A program made the position numbers and the translations under genes. The notes beneath the pieces are model-generated. The model had not been told where the DNA came from. It ran no database searches and saw only the letters and a program-made list of their open reading frames with translations. Shown here one piece after another: positions 1 through 9,328 of a stretch of DNA of 33,365 bases (positions within the stretch are counted from its first letter, which is position 1; each line of letters begins with the position of its first letter). The stretch is from a virus (Duplodnaviria; Heunggongvirae; Uroviricota; Caudoviricetes). The stretch is from positions 1 to 33,365 of the IMG/VR virus record IMGVR_UViG_2737471753_000001; one strand, 5' to 3'.

Positions 1-249
1 TCACAATGACAGGCTTAGTTGATCCCTTCCGTAGTGAGACGCCGGAAAGGCATCGTGGGGTATGAAGTCAGGCGGTAACGGCGCAATACCTGCGCGCTTT
101 GTGACTTCCCTTTCCACGCTATTAAGCGTGGTAAATGACCGGCTACATTCCAGATTCTGGCACTGGTGATACTGCCTGATTGTCATGTTGGTCATTCTTC
201 GGCTGGTGCGGGTGCGGGCCATAGCGCCGCAGAATGGACATCTGAACAT
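1..249 (-). CDS. ogr: Ogr/Delta-family zinc-finger late transcription activator
   Basis: 82-aa ORF MFRCPFCGA...YHQCQNLECSRSF with a C-x2-C...C-x4-C zinc-finger pattern, closely resembling P2 Ogr as recalled; SD-like GGGGAG upstream of the ATG at 249; stop codon is the first 3 nt of the window. Confidence 0.85.
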   Translation of the reverse strand: MFRCPFCGAMARTRTSRRMTNMTIRQYHQCQNLECSRSFTTLNSVEREVTKRAGIAPLPPDFIPHDAFPASHYGRDQLSLSL

Positions 250-287
250 AATGATGACTCCCCGTGAGAGTTGAACTCCATTTCATT

Positions 288-1397
288 TTATTCAGTTTCC
301 GCTATCCAGTCAGGAATTTTTGCTTCAAGCTCAAGCTGCGTGGTAAAACCGCTGTTATCAATGGTGTGCTCGGCCTTTGCAATAATCCAGTCCTGATTGT
401 CGATGTCATTTTTGAAGCCTGTCACCGTGCCATGCATTTCAGGGTAGAGTTCTGCACGTCCACGCGCCAGCGTGATGGAGAATGATGCGGCTCCGCGTTG
501 TAGCTGCTGCCACTTTGCCGCTGCTGCGCGTCTTGCTGCCTGCTCGTTCTGATAAGTTTTGCGTAACACAAACACATTGCCTTCCGCGCCTTCCATATAA
601 TCACCTTCACGGCTGCTGCTTTTCTCCTTTTTGGGTTTTGGCGGTTTGCGGCGTTTCACGCTGACTTTTTTCTTTTTCCCGTAATTAAGATCAAGCCAGT
701 AAGCGCGTACCCCCGTATACGCTTCGCGGTCAGCAATGCGGAACTGATGGCGATCGCCGCTGCTGCGTGTGATGGCGAACGATGGCAACGGCTGGCCCTG
801 TGCGTTCACGCCACCGCCGGGCATGATGAATAACAGATTACCGCTTTTTACCGTGGTGATTGCGCCCAGCATTTCCGCCATGCGCGTAAGGAAGGACATG
901 TCGCTTTCTTCAGTCTGGTCGGCGTGGTCGATTTCGATATCCATCAGCATTTCGCTGATTTGCGGTTTCAGGCCGTACCGATGAGCGATGGCGGATACCA
1001 CACGCTCAACGGTCACATCATGCCATGACACCTCACGTTTAACGTTAAATTCATCCCGAAAATCTGCGCTTCTGGCTGAAACAGTCAGCCTGTCCGGCGG
1101 TCCTTCGTGAGCGATTTCATCAACAATGTAAGTGCCTTTTTCTGTCAGCGGTTCTCCTTTCCAGCCAATGAGAACCGTCAGGCGCGCGCCCCGTGGCGGT
1201 AGCTGCAACTGACCATCCGCATCATCCAGCGTGATGGTGAGCTGGTCCGCCTCAAATCCCCGGTTGTCGGTCAGTGACAGGCTCATCAGGCGCTCTGCCA
1301 CGCCTGACAGCGTTTTACCCTCCGCGAGAATATCAAAATCCGGCATTTTCACGGGGTCTGTGCCCTGACTGAGCAATTGCATGGTGGTGTCGGTCAT
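288..1397 (-). CDS. D: tail protein D (late control gene D family)
   Basis: Track ORF 288..1418 (376 aa) matches P2 gpD in size and sequence character; start placed at the internal ATG at 1397 (MTDTTMQLL...) because it is preceded by a strong SD (AGGGAGGGAAAG) whereas the ATG at 1418 is not. Confidence 0.85.
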   Translation of the reverse strand: MTDTTMQLLSQGTDPVKMPDFDILAEGKTLSGVAERLMSLSLTDNRGFEADQLTITLDDADGQLQLPPRGARLTVLIGWKGEPLTEKGTYIVDEIAHEGPPDRLTVSARSADFRDEFNVKREVSWHDVTVERVVSAIAHRYGLKPQISEMLMDIEIDHADQTEESDMSFLTRMAEMLGAITTVKSGNLLFIMPGGGVNAQGQPLPSFAITRSSGDRHQFRIADREAYTGVRAYWLDLNYGKKKKVSVKRRKPPKPKKEKSSSREGDYMEGAEGNVFVLRKTYQNEQAARRAAAAKWQQLQRGAASFSITLARGRAELYPEMHGTVTGFKNDIDNQDWIIAKAEHTIDNSGFTTQLELEAKIPDWIAETE

Positions 1398-1453
1398 CTT
1401 TCCCTCCCTGTGCGGCATGGTCGCATGTGCGTGCGGAGGGGGTTACTGCTTTT

Positions 1454-1477
1454 TGTTGTCGCCGGGTCGGGAGAACG
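1454..1477. promoter_or_regulatory. candidate Ogr-type late-activator binding site (TGTTGT-N12-AGAACG) in the D/FI divergent region
   Basis: TGTTGTcgccgggtcgggAGAACG about 80-100 bp upstream of the FI ATG; the same TGTTGT-N12-AGAAC architecture recurs at 20463..20486 between O and P; resembles the P2 late-promoter TGT-N12-ACA dyad as recalled (one mismatch, TGT-N12-AGA). Confidence 0.4.
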
Positions 1478-1553
1478 GCGCAGGGGTGAGATTACGCGCG
1501 TGGTGGGTGATGATTGTTGCCGAATCATTTAACGGATACAAGGGGCTGAAGCT

Positions 1554-2738
1554 ATGAGTGAAACTCGTTTTCATGGTGCCCGTGTTACGGAAAATACCGA
1601 CCTGGTAACAGCGATTAACGATGTTGATTCCAGCGTTATCGGTATCGTGGCAACGGCGGATGATGCGGACGCGAAGCTGTTCCCGCTGAACAAGCCCACA
1701 CTGCTGACCCGCGTCAATGACGTGCTGGGAAAATGCGGAACAACGGGGACGCTTTATCGTGCGCTTAAGGCCATCGCAGACCAGGTGAGCACAAAGGTGA
1801 TCGTCGTTCGCGTGGCTGAACACAAAGAAGAAGACGGAAAGACGCAGGATCAACTGGTTATCGGTGGTTCTGAGGATGACGGCAGCTATACGGGGATGTA
1901 TGCGCTGCTTGTTGCAGAGCAGGATGAAAGCATCGGATACCGTCCGCGTATTCTGGCCGCGCCGGAGCTGGACACGGAGGCGGTAACAAAATCCCTGTGC
2001 GTGATTGCGGGTAAACTGCGCGCGTTTGTGTATGCCACATGTCATGGTTGTAACACGATGGCTGAGGCGATTACCTACCGCCAGAAATTCAACGAACGTG
2101 AGGTGATGCTCTTATGGCCTGACTTCATCGCCTACAACCCGAAAAGTGGCAAAAACGAAACGTTCCCCGCGCCTGCTTATGCGTGCGGCCTTCGTGCGTA
2201 CATTGACCATGAGCAGGGCTGGCACAAATCGCTGTCCAACGTTCCGGTTAAAAATGTGCTGGGAATGTCCAGGCATGTGTTCTGGTCGTTGCAGGCCGAA
2301 GACAGTGATGCCAACAGCCTCAATAACAAAGAAATCACGACCATTATTCGTCGCAACGGGTTCCGCTTCTGGGGCAACCGCACACCGGAAACGAACGCCT
2401 ACATCTTTGAGGTGTATACCCGAACCGCACAGGTGCTGGCTGATTCAATTGCGGAAGCGCAGTTTGAAACCATCGACAGTCCACTGACGCCTGCGAACGT
2501 GAAGGATGTTATCAGTGCCATCAGGGCAAAACTGGATTCGCTGGTTACTGCCGGGAAACTGATTGGTGCGGAGTGCTGGTATGACGTGGTGGATAACGGC
2601 ACCACGAATTTACGTCAGGGACGTGTGCGTATTCGCTACAAATATACGCCCGTTCCGCCACTGGAAGACATGGAGCTTTACCAGACGTTTACTGATGAAT
2701 TCTTTGGTCCCGCATTTGCGGTGCTGGGAGGTGCCTGA
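1554..2738 (+). CDS. FI: contractile tail sheath protein
   Basis: 394-aa ORF with RBS AAGGGG at 1540..1545; sequence and size match P2 gpFI (recalled as 396 aa), e.g. conserved ...GWHKSLSNV...GFRFWGNRT...YTPVPPLE... Confidence 0.92.
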   Translation: MSETRFHGARVTENTDLVTAINDVDSSVIGIVATADDADAKLFPLNKPTLLTRVNDVLGKCGTTGTLYRALKAIADQVSTKVIVVRVAEHKEEDGKTQDQLVIGGSEDDGSYTGMYALLVAEQDESIGYRPRILAAPELDTEAVTKSLCVIAGKLRAFVYATCHGCNTMAEAITYRQKFNEREVMLLWPDFIAYNPKSGKNETFPAPAYACGLRAYIDHEQGWHKSLSNVPVKNVLGMSRHVFWSLQAEDSDANSLNNKEITTIIRRNGFRFWGNRTPETNAYIFEVYTRTAQVLADSIAEAQFETIDSPLTPANVKDVISAIRAKLDSLVTAGKLIGAECWYDVVDNGTTNLRQGRVRIRYKYTPVPPLEDMELYQTFTDEFFGPAFAVLGGA

Positions 2739-3250
2739 TGGCTGTACCAAAACATCTTCGCTTTTTTACGTTGTTTGTGGATGGTGAAAACGAAGTGGGT
2801 AAAGTGACATCCGTCACGCCGCCCAAACTGACGCGCAAAACCGACAGCTATCGTGGTGGTGGCATGATGGGGGCGGTAAGTATTGATCTCGGTCTGGACG
2901 ACTCCGCGCTTGATGCGAGTTTTGTTATGGGGGGAGCTGTTCGTGCGCTGTTCCTTAAATATGGCGGCACGATTGACGGCACGCTGCTGCGTTTTGCGGG
3001 TGAATACTACACCGATGCAGAAAGCGATCTGTATGAAATCGAGATGCGCGGACGTGTGACGGAAATTGATATGGGGGAAGCCAAACAGGGCGAAGCCACA
3101 TCACACACTTACGCTGTCAAAAACACCTACTACAAGCTGAGCGTTAACGATCGCCCGCTGTGGGAAATCGACCTGTTGAACCACATCTACCGGAAGGACG
3201 GCAAGGACATTGTGCCTGACCGTATCCGTTCCGCGCTTGGGCTTGGCTGA
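2738..3250 (+). CDS. FII: tail tube protein
   Basis: 170-aa ORF whose ATG overlaps the FI stop (ATGA-type coupling); size and sequence fit P2 gpFII. Confidence 0.9.
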   Translation: MAVPKHLRFFTLFVDGENEVGKVTSVTPPKLTRKTDSYRGGGMMGAVSIDLGLDDSALDASFVMGGAVRALFLKYGGTIDGTLLRFAGEYYTDAESDLYEIEMRGRVTEIDMGEAKQGEATSHTYAVKNTYYKLSVNDRPLWEIDLLNHIYRKDGKDIVPDRIRSALGLG

Positions 3251-3305
3251 TAAGTAATATGCAGGCGGCGCAGTGCGTCGCCTCTGACTGAAAAGGAGAC
3301 AACTG

Positions 3306-3680
3306 ATGAAAGACATCGATACTGAAACCCGGAATAACACCGTGGCGGATGATGTGACGGCAGGTGAGGATATGGCTGTCGAACGTGGCGTAAAACTGAC
3401 CCGACCAATTGAGCGTGGTGGCGAAAAAATCACGTATGTGGAGATCACCGGGGCTATTGAACAGGCTGGATCCCTGCGTGGTCTGTCGCTGTCTGATGTG
3501 CTGAATCTGAAAGCGGATACCATGTTCACGCTGTTGCCTCGCGTGACCTCGCCACGACTGGATGAAGTGATGATTAAAAAAATGTCGTCACGCGATTTTA
3601 TTCAGTTGTGCGCTGTGGCTGTAAATTTTATGAGCGAGCCAGACTCTGGCGCGAAGAGCGTGCAGGAGACGGCGGCGTAA
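3306..3680 (+). CDS. E: tail assembly chaperone E (tape-measure chaperone)
   Basis: 124-aa ORF directly upstream of the tape-measure gene with a long overlapping -1 frame ORF, as in the P2 E/E' arrangement. Confidence 0.8.
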   Translation: MKDIDTETRNNTVADDVTAGEDMAVERGVKLTRPIERGGEKITYVEITGAIEQAGSLRGLSLSDVLNLKADTMFTLLPRVTSPRLDEVMIKKMSSRDFIQLCAVAVNFMSEPDSGAKSVQETAA

Positions 3681-3844
3681 TCACCCTGGTGTGCTTTGAT
3701 CACATCGAAGATCTGGTGGCAGATATCGCCGCCATTTTTAACTGGTCGCCCGCCGAAATCTTCATGATGACGCCCGGCGAAGTGGTTAGCTGGCGTGAGC
3801 GGGCGGCACTTCGCAGCGGGAATGCAGACAATGAAGACTCTTGA
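3306..3844 (+). CDS. E+E' fusion chaperone produced by a predicted programmed -1 ribosomal frameshift
   Basis: The -1 frame is open from 3578 to 3844 and overlaps the T start; an X_XXY_YYZ slippery heptamer A_AAT_TTT lies in the E frame at 3623..3629. Mirrors the conserved chaperone frameshift upstream of tape-measure genes. Confidence 0.5.
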
Positions 3845-6638
3845 TATCCGGGTCGCTTTCAGCGCCGTTGACAGGCTGACCCGACCTGCCGAAAACGCCC
3901 GCCGCCTGATGGGGCAGTTTGGTGACTCCATCCAGCGAACGCAGGGGGCGATCAAAAATCTCGAGCGTCAGGCGCGATCATTTGAGCGCGCCCGCGACGC
4001 TGTCAGTAAAGCGGATGCGGGCATCGTGAAAGCACGACGCCAGCTTAACGCCCTTAATCAGTTACAACGCACGGGTACAGTGCTCAGCGAAAAACAACAA
4101 AAGCTGATGCAGCAGTTAAGCACCCGGCTTGAACGCCTGAATGAATCGCGTACACGGGAAATTCAGAAAATGCGGGAGCTTGGCGGAGAGCTGAAACGCC
4201 ACGGCATTTCCCTGACAGGCAGCGATAACACCATCCAGCAGGCCATCAGACGCACCGAACAGTACAACAACCAGCTTGAACGCGAACGGCAGGCGCTTGC
4301 GCGTGTAACGCGGGCGCGTGAGCGGTATTCGCGCGCGCAGGAAACAGCGGGAAAACTGAAAACAGGTGGTGCGCTGGCAATTGGTGCGGCAGCGGCGGGC
4401 GGCTATGCTGCCGGGCGTTTTTTGCAGCCTGCGATCGGGTTCGGGAAAGAGATGTCCCGCGTTCAGGCGCTGACGCGAATCGACCAGAACAGCCCACAGT
4501 TTAAGGCGCTGCGTGAGCAGGCGTTAAAACTTGGCTCTGAAACGCAGTTCACCGCTGGAGATGCCGCCAGTGGACAGGCATTTCTTGCAATGGCTGGCTT
4601 CACACCACAGGCCATTCAGGCTGCGCTTCCCGGTGTGCTGAGCATGGCAACGGCTGGCGGTATGGATCTCGGCGAGACGGCGGATATTGGCTCAAACATC
4701 CTGACGCAGTTCGGCCTTTCTGCCGACCAGATGGACCGGGTCGGTGACACGCTCACCGCAGCGTTTACCCGTACCAACACTGACCTTCGCGCACTGGGCG
4801 AAACCATGAAATATGCAGGTCCGGTGGCGGGCAAGCTGGGAATATCGCTGGAGCAGGCCGCAGCGATGGCGGGCGTGCTGGCGAATATGGGTATCAGGGG
4901 AAGTGATGCCGGGACGGCAATGCGTGCCAGCCTGGCTCGTCTGGCATCACCGCCAAAGGCGGCAGCAGAGGCGCTGAAAGAGCTTGGTGTGGCAGTCTCT
5001 GACGCGAACGGCAAAATGCGCCCGATGGAGGATGTGCTGGCCGATCTTTATAAAGCCACCCGCAAATACGGGGAAGTTGACCGGGTATCGTTCTTTAAGG
5101 ACATTGCCGGAGAAGAGGCTTTCACATCGTTTATGGCGCTCGTTGATGCAGCGGGTGACGGTTCCTTACCTAAACTGAGAAAAGAACTTGAAGGCGCACG
5201 CGGTGAGGCTGAACGCACAGCAAAGGTTATGGCCAACAACCTTGATGGCGATCTGAAATCACTCGGCAGTGCATGGGAAGGGTTGCGCATCCGCATTGCA
5301 GATCTGATTGACGGTCCGCTGCGTTCTGTCACGCAGTGGCTCACGCGGGTGGTATCAAGGGTGACGGCGCTGGCGCAGGCCCATCCGGCACTGACGCGCC
5401 AGCTACTGATAGCAGGCGGTGCGTTGCTGGCAATGACTGCAACGATTGGCTCGTTGTCGCTGGTTATTGGCGTGCTTCACGGGAAACTGGCCACGTTACG
5501 TCTTGGTTTTTCTCTCCTGACCGGATCAATGAATGTCGTCAGGGTGCTGCCAGCACTATGGGGAATGGTAACAGGTTCCATCTCGTTGCTGGGTGGCGCT
5601 ATCGGGGCGCTGTTCAGTCCGGTCGGATTGATTGTTGCCGCGTTTGTGGCTGCGGCGGTTCTCATCTGGAAATACTGGGAACCCATCAAGGCGTTTTATG
5701 CCGGGGTGTTCAGTGGGATTATGGAACGGCTGGCTCCGTTGCGCGAAACCTTTGAACGGTTTGGTCCTGTTTTTGATGTCGTGCGCGATGGGATTATTCA
5801 GCTCTTTAACTGGTTTAAATCGCTGCTGTCACCGATGGAGTCCAGCAAGGAAACGCTGGATAAATGCACCAGTGCTGGCGAGATATTCGGTAACGTTCTT
5901 GGTGGCGCGCTACAGCTTGTTCTGACGCCTGCAAAAATGCTGCTGGATACGCTGGCGTGGATACTTGAAAAACTCGGTGTGCTTCCGGATGAAGCGGAAA
6001 GGGCGAGAAAGAAAATCGAAGACGCACAGCGTGCGGCCATTCTTCAGGACAAGGTTGCCTTGCTTCAGGGGGACCTGGCGAAAATCAATCCGCCGAAGCC
6101 TGTAGAAAATGGCAATGGCACCGGAGGTGATAACCCCAAAGACAATAAACCGCTCACAGACAGCAATACTGGTACGCTGCGCAGACTCAGCAAAATTGCT
6201 GATAACACAGGTAAGCTGGTTGATGAGACGAAAAAACGCATTGGCCCCGGCGATATTGTCTTTAAGAACCTGCCCCGCGCACTTGCTGTTCGTGGGGAGT
6301 GGCAGGAGCGGAAGATTGCGCAGGTCAGTAAGCCTGCCCCCGCAATTAATATCACACCCGTGGTCCCGGCTCCGCTGCCTCCGGCGCTGGTCCCTGTTGT
6401 TGCGGCCAGCTCCCGCCCGGTGGCGGAGGCCATACGATCTCCAGTGGCATCAGTTCCTGTAACTTCCCGTAACCGGGAGCCTGTTGCCTCAGGATTTGGC
6501 GGTGAAATTCATGTTCATCTGCATAACGTCGTTACACAGAATCCCCGCGAACTGGCGAAACTGGTCGGTGAAATGGTCAGGGCAGAAATGGAACGGCGCG
6601 CCCGTGCCGGGCGTGGCAGTTTTTACGATAAAGATTGA
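3831..6638 (+). CDS. T: tail tape measure protein
   Basis: Long ORF (track 3795..6638, 947 aa) with coiled-coil-like N-terminal half, Gly/Ala-rich hydrophobic segments and a long C-terminal region; start placed at ATG 3831 (MKTLDIR...) with GGGA about 10 nt upstream; ATG 3822 is an alternative. Confidence 0.9.
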   Translation: MKTLDIRVAFSAVDRLTRPAENARRLMGQFGDSIQRTQGAIKNLERQARSFERARDAVSKADAGIVKARRQLNALNQLQRTGTVLSEKQQKLMQQLSTRLERLNESRTREIQKMRELGGELKRHGISLTGSDNTIQQAIRRTEQYNNQLERERQALARVTRARERYSRAQETAGKLKTGGALAIGAAAAGGYAAGRFLQPAIGFGKEMSRVQALTRIDQNSPQFKALREQALKLGSETQFTAGDAASGQAFLAMAGFTPQAIQAALPGVLSMATAGGMDLGETADIGSNILTQFGLSADQMDRVGDTLTAAFTRTNTDLRALGETMKYAGPVAGKLGISLEQAAAMAGVLANMGIRGSDAGTAMRASLARLASPPKAAAEALKELGVAVSDANGKMRPMEDVLADLYKATRKYGEVDRVSFFKDIAGEEAFTSFMALVDAAGDGSLPKLRKELEGARGEAERTAKVMANNLDGDLKSLGSAWEGLRIRIADLIDGPLRSVTQWLTRVVSRVTALAQAHPALTRQLLIAGGALLAMTATIGSLSLVIGVLHGKLATLRLGFSLLTGSMNVVRVLPALWGMVTGSISLLGGAIGALFSPVGLIVAAFVAAAVLIWKYWEPIKAFYAGVFSGIMERLAPLRETFERFGPVFDVVRDGIIQLFNWFKSLLSPMESSKETLDKCTSAGEIFGNVLGGALQLVLTPAKMLLDTLAWILEKLGVLPDEAERARKKIEDAQRAAILQDKVALLQGDLAKINPPKPVENGNGTGGDNPKDNKPLTDSNTGTLRRLSKIADNTGKLVDETKKRIGPGDIVFKNLPRALAVRGEWQERKIAQVSKPAPAINITPVVPAPLPPALVPVVAASSRPVAEAIRSPVASVPVTSRNREPVASGFGGEIHVHLHNVVTQNPRELAKLVGEMVRAEMERRARAGRGSFYDKD

Positions 6639-6650
6639 GGAGTCATGGCT

Positions 6651-7139
6651 ATGATGATGATCTACGGCATGTTTGTTTTTGAGCTGCGCACGCTGCCGCA
6701 TCAGCAGTTACAGCAAAACAAAAGCTGGCGGCATGTGAAAAATGAACGCGTTAACCGTTCAGCAAGCTGGCAGTATATCGGTGCAGGTGATGATCGCATC
6801 GTTCTTTCTGGTGTGCTTTATCCTGAAATTACAGGTGGCGAAGTGTCGCTGTCGCTGCTGACCACGCAGGCGTATACAGGACGACCCTGGCCTTTGATTG
6901 ATGGCGTCGGGCAGATTTACGGCATGTATGTCCTGACCGGAACGAATACGACCCGTTCCGAGTTTGATCGCTACGGTAAGGCGAAAAAGATAGAATTTTC
7001 ACTGACCCTTGAACGCTGTGATGAGGATTTGCGGGAGCGCCTGCAATCCTCATCGTTCAGTGATATGCTGTCCGGCTTCAAAGATAAGGTGACATCATCT
7101 CTTAACAGCGCGGCCAGTTCAGTTAAAGGGCTGTTCTGA
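6651..7139 (+). CDS. U: tail protein U
   Basis: Track ORF 6645..7139 (164 aa) resembles P2 gpU; SD GAGGAG at 6636..6641 is best spaced for the ATG at 6651 (MMMIYGMFVF...). Confidence 0.85.
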   Translation: MMMIYGMFVFELRTLPHQQLQQNKSWRHVKNERVNRSASWQYIGAGDDRIVLSGVLYPEITGGEVSLSLLTTQAYTGRPWPLIDGVGQIYGMYVLTGTNTTRSEFDRYGKAKKIEFSLTLERCDEDLRERLQSSSFSDMLSGFKDKVTSSLNSAASSVKGLF

Positions 7140-7150
7140 TTTAACACAAA

Positions 7151-7186
7151 AACCGCTAATGGTCAGATTAGCGGTTATTTTGTTTT
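7151..7186. terminator. bidirectional intrinsic terminator between convergent U and invertase genes
   Basis: Perfect 10-bp stem AACCGCTAAT / ATTAGCGGTT with 6-nt loop GGTCAG, preceded by an A-run and followed by ATTTTGTTTT. Confidence 0.75.
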
Positions 7187-7762
7187 CTGACTCTTCTCTA
7201 TTGTTCCGCTTGATTCTCCTGCGGGGTGGTAACGATAAATCGTCGATGTACCAATGCCGTAAATTATTGCCAGTTGTTTTCTGTCGTGACCGTTTTTAAT
7301 CAGCCTTGCTATTTGCTCATGCTGTTCTTTTGTCAGCTTCGGTCGACGTCCGCCTGTGCGCCCCCGTGCGCGCGCTGCCGCCAGTCCGGCCAGTGTACGT
7401 TCAACAATTAATTCACGTTCCATTTCAGCCAGGGCACCCATCACGTGGAAGAAAAAACGCCCCATTGGAGAAGATGTATCTATGCTGTCGGTCAGACTGC
7501 GAAAATTAATCCCTCGCTCCCGTAGTTCTCCGACGAGAGAAATCAGATGTTTCATGCTTCGCCCAAGGCGATCCAGTTTCCAGACAACCAGCGTGTCACC
7601 TTTTTGAAGCCGCTTTAAAGCGCGTTTTAATCCCGGTCGGTCTGTCTTTGTCCCGCTTAATTTATCTTCAAATATTTGTTCACATCCTGCACAAACAAGA
7701 GCGTTTCGTTGCAGGTCTGTATTCTGGTCATTTGTTGATACCCTTACATAACCAATCAGCAC
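7175..7762 (-). CDS. pin: serine recombinase, DNA invertase of the Pin/Gin/Hin/Cin family
   Basis: N-terminus LIGYVRVSTNDQNTDLQRNAL... (catalytic Ser region), resolvase core ...WKLDRLGRS...SPMGRFFFHVMGALAEMERELI... and a C-terminal HTH; start placed at the GTG giving (M)LIGYVRV, as in Gin/Pin; track ORF extends to a TTG at 7780. Confidence 0.9.
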   Translation of the reverse strand: MLIGYVRVSTNDQNTDLQRNALVCAGCEQIFEDKLSGTKTDRPGLKRALKRLQKGDTLVVWKLDRLGRSMKHLISLVGELRERGINFRSLTDSIDTSSPMGRFFFHVMGALAEMERELIVERTLAGLAAARARGRTGGRRPKLTKEQHEQIARLIKNGHDRKQLAIIYGIGTSTIYRYHPAGESSGTIEKSQKTK

Positions 7763-7816
7763 ACTGAATCTCCCGTCCAAAAGCGCAAATCATGCCATGC
7801 AGGCCGGAAACGGCCA

Positions 7817-7842
7817 TTATCTAAAACCTCGGTTTACAGGAA
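7817..7842. other. left inversion crossover site (gix/hix-like, 26 bp)
   Basis: TTATCTAAAACCTCGGTTTACAGGAA; inverted-repeat partner of 10847..10872; a 24-bp perfect inverted repeat CCTCGGTTTACAGGAAACGGTAAA spans 7827..7850 and 10839..10862; matches the Gin/Hin crossover-site pattern as recalled. Confidence 0.85.
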
Positions 7843-8784
7843 ACGGTAAATCAGGCTTCTGGCGCATTACAGAAAAACCAGAACGGCGCAGATATTCCGG
7901 GGAAAGATACCTTCACCAAAATATTGGGGCCTGCCGCGCATATAGCGCATGGCTGAATATTGGTGGCGATAGTCAGGTCTGGACAACCGCACAATTCATT
8001 TCGTGGCTGGAGAGTCAGGGGCATTTAACCATCCTTACTGGATGTGCAAAGGCTCATGGCTTATGCAAATAATAAGGTCATTACAGATACAGGTTGCGGA
8101 AATATTTGTCTTGCAGGTGCTGTGGTGGAAGTTATTGGCACCCGCGGCGCAATGACCATACGCGTTACCACGCCGAGCACGTCCAGCGGTGGCGGAATCA
8201 CTAACGCTCAATTCACTTATATTAATCATGGTGATGCTTACGCTCCTGGCTGGCGACGAGACTACAACACGAAAAACCAGCAGCCTGCATTTGCTTTAGG
8301 GCAAACAGGACGCAGGGTCGCAAATGATAAAGCTGTTGGCTGGAACTGGAATAGCGGCGTTTATGATGCAGATATCAGTGGCGCATCGACATTAATCCTC
8401 CACTTTAATATGAATGCGGGGAGTTGCCCTGCTGTACAGTTCCGCGTGAATTACAGAAATGGCGGTATCTTTTATCGTTCAGCGCGTGATGGTTATGGCT
8501 TTGAAGCTAACTGGTCAGAGTTTTACACCACAACACGCAAACCCTCTGCGGGAGATGTTGGTGCATATACGCAGGCAGAATGTAACTCAAGTTTATTACA
8601 GGTATTCGCCTTGGCGGTCTGTCATCTGTTCAGACATGGAATGGTCCTGGCTGGTCTGACAGGTCAGGTTATGTCGTTACTGGTTCAGTTAACGGAAACC
8701 GTGATGAATTAATTGATACAACTCAGGCAAGGCCAATTCAGTATTGCATTAATGGAACGTGGTATAACGCGGGAGTATTTAATT
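7843..8784 (+). pseudogene. alternative tail-fibre C-terminal (receptor-binding) cassette, currently not fused to H, apparently interrupted by frameshifts
   Basis: Reading out from the left crossover site in the H frame gives fibre-like sequence that stops after about 42 codons; the protein-like reading continues through three further frames (track ORFs 7797..8072, 8044..8712, then a frame ending ...[17 protein letters not shown]...), with shifts at A- and G-runs. Confidence 0.45.
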
Positions 8785-9234
8785 ATGATGCACTTAAAAA
8801 ATATTACTGCTGGCAACCCTAAAACAAAAGAGCAATACCAGCTAACAAAGCAATTTAACATCAAATGGCTTTATTCAGATGATGGAAAAAACTGGTATGA
8901 GGAACAAAAGAATTTCCAGCCAGACACTTTGAAAATGGTCTATGACCATAACGGCGTTATTATTTGTATTGAAAAGGATGTTTCAGCAATTAATCCGGAA
9001 GGCGCAAGCGTCGTTGAATTACCTGATATTACAGCAAATCGCCGGGCTGATATTTCGGGTAAATGGATGTTCAAAGATGGCGTAGTGATAAAGCGAACTT
9101 ATACCGAGGAGGAACAGAGGCAGCAGGCAGAGAATGAAAAGCAAAGCCTGTTGCAACTTGTCAGGGATAAAACCCAGCTATGGGACTCACAGCTACGGCT
9201 GGGTATCATTTCCGACGAGAATAAACAAAATTAA
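8785..9234 (+). CDS. tail fibre assembly protein (Tfa; Mu U / P2 G family), plus-strand copy
   Basis: [22 protein letters not shown]...[41 protein letters not shown]...; RBS GGGA upstream of ATG 8785. The conserved Tfa C-terminus (...[28 protein letters not shown]) continues in another frame to about 9316, implying a 1-nt shift near 9225. Confidence 0.7.
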   Translation: MMHLKNITAGNPKTKEQYQLTKQFNIKWLYSDDGKNWYEEQKNFQPDTLKMVYDHNGVIICIEKDVSAINPEGASVVELPDITANRRADISGKWMFKDGVVIKRTYTEEEQRQQAENEKQSLLQLVRDKTQLWDSQLRLGIISDENKQN

Positions 9235-9328
9235 CCGAGTGGATGCTCTATGCGCAGAAGGTCGAATCCACAGACACCTCCAGCCTGCCAGTAACGTTTC
9301 CAGAACAACCAGAATGAAACAAGGCCCG

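Noticed and set aside
1443-2045. 200-aa minus-strand ORF antisense to FI
   Set aside because: Lies entirely inside the well-supported tail sheath gene on the opposite strand; Arg/Cys-rich shadow ORF typical of GC-rich coding DNA.
4616-5014. 132-aa minus-strand ORF inside the tape-measure gene
   Set aside because: Ala/Ser/Pro-rich antisense translation of the GC-rich tape-measure gene; no start context.
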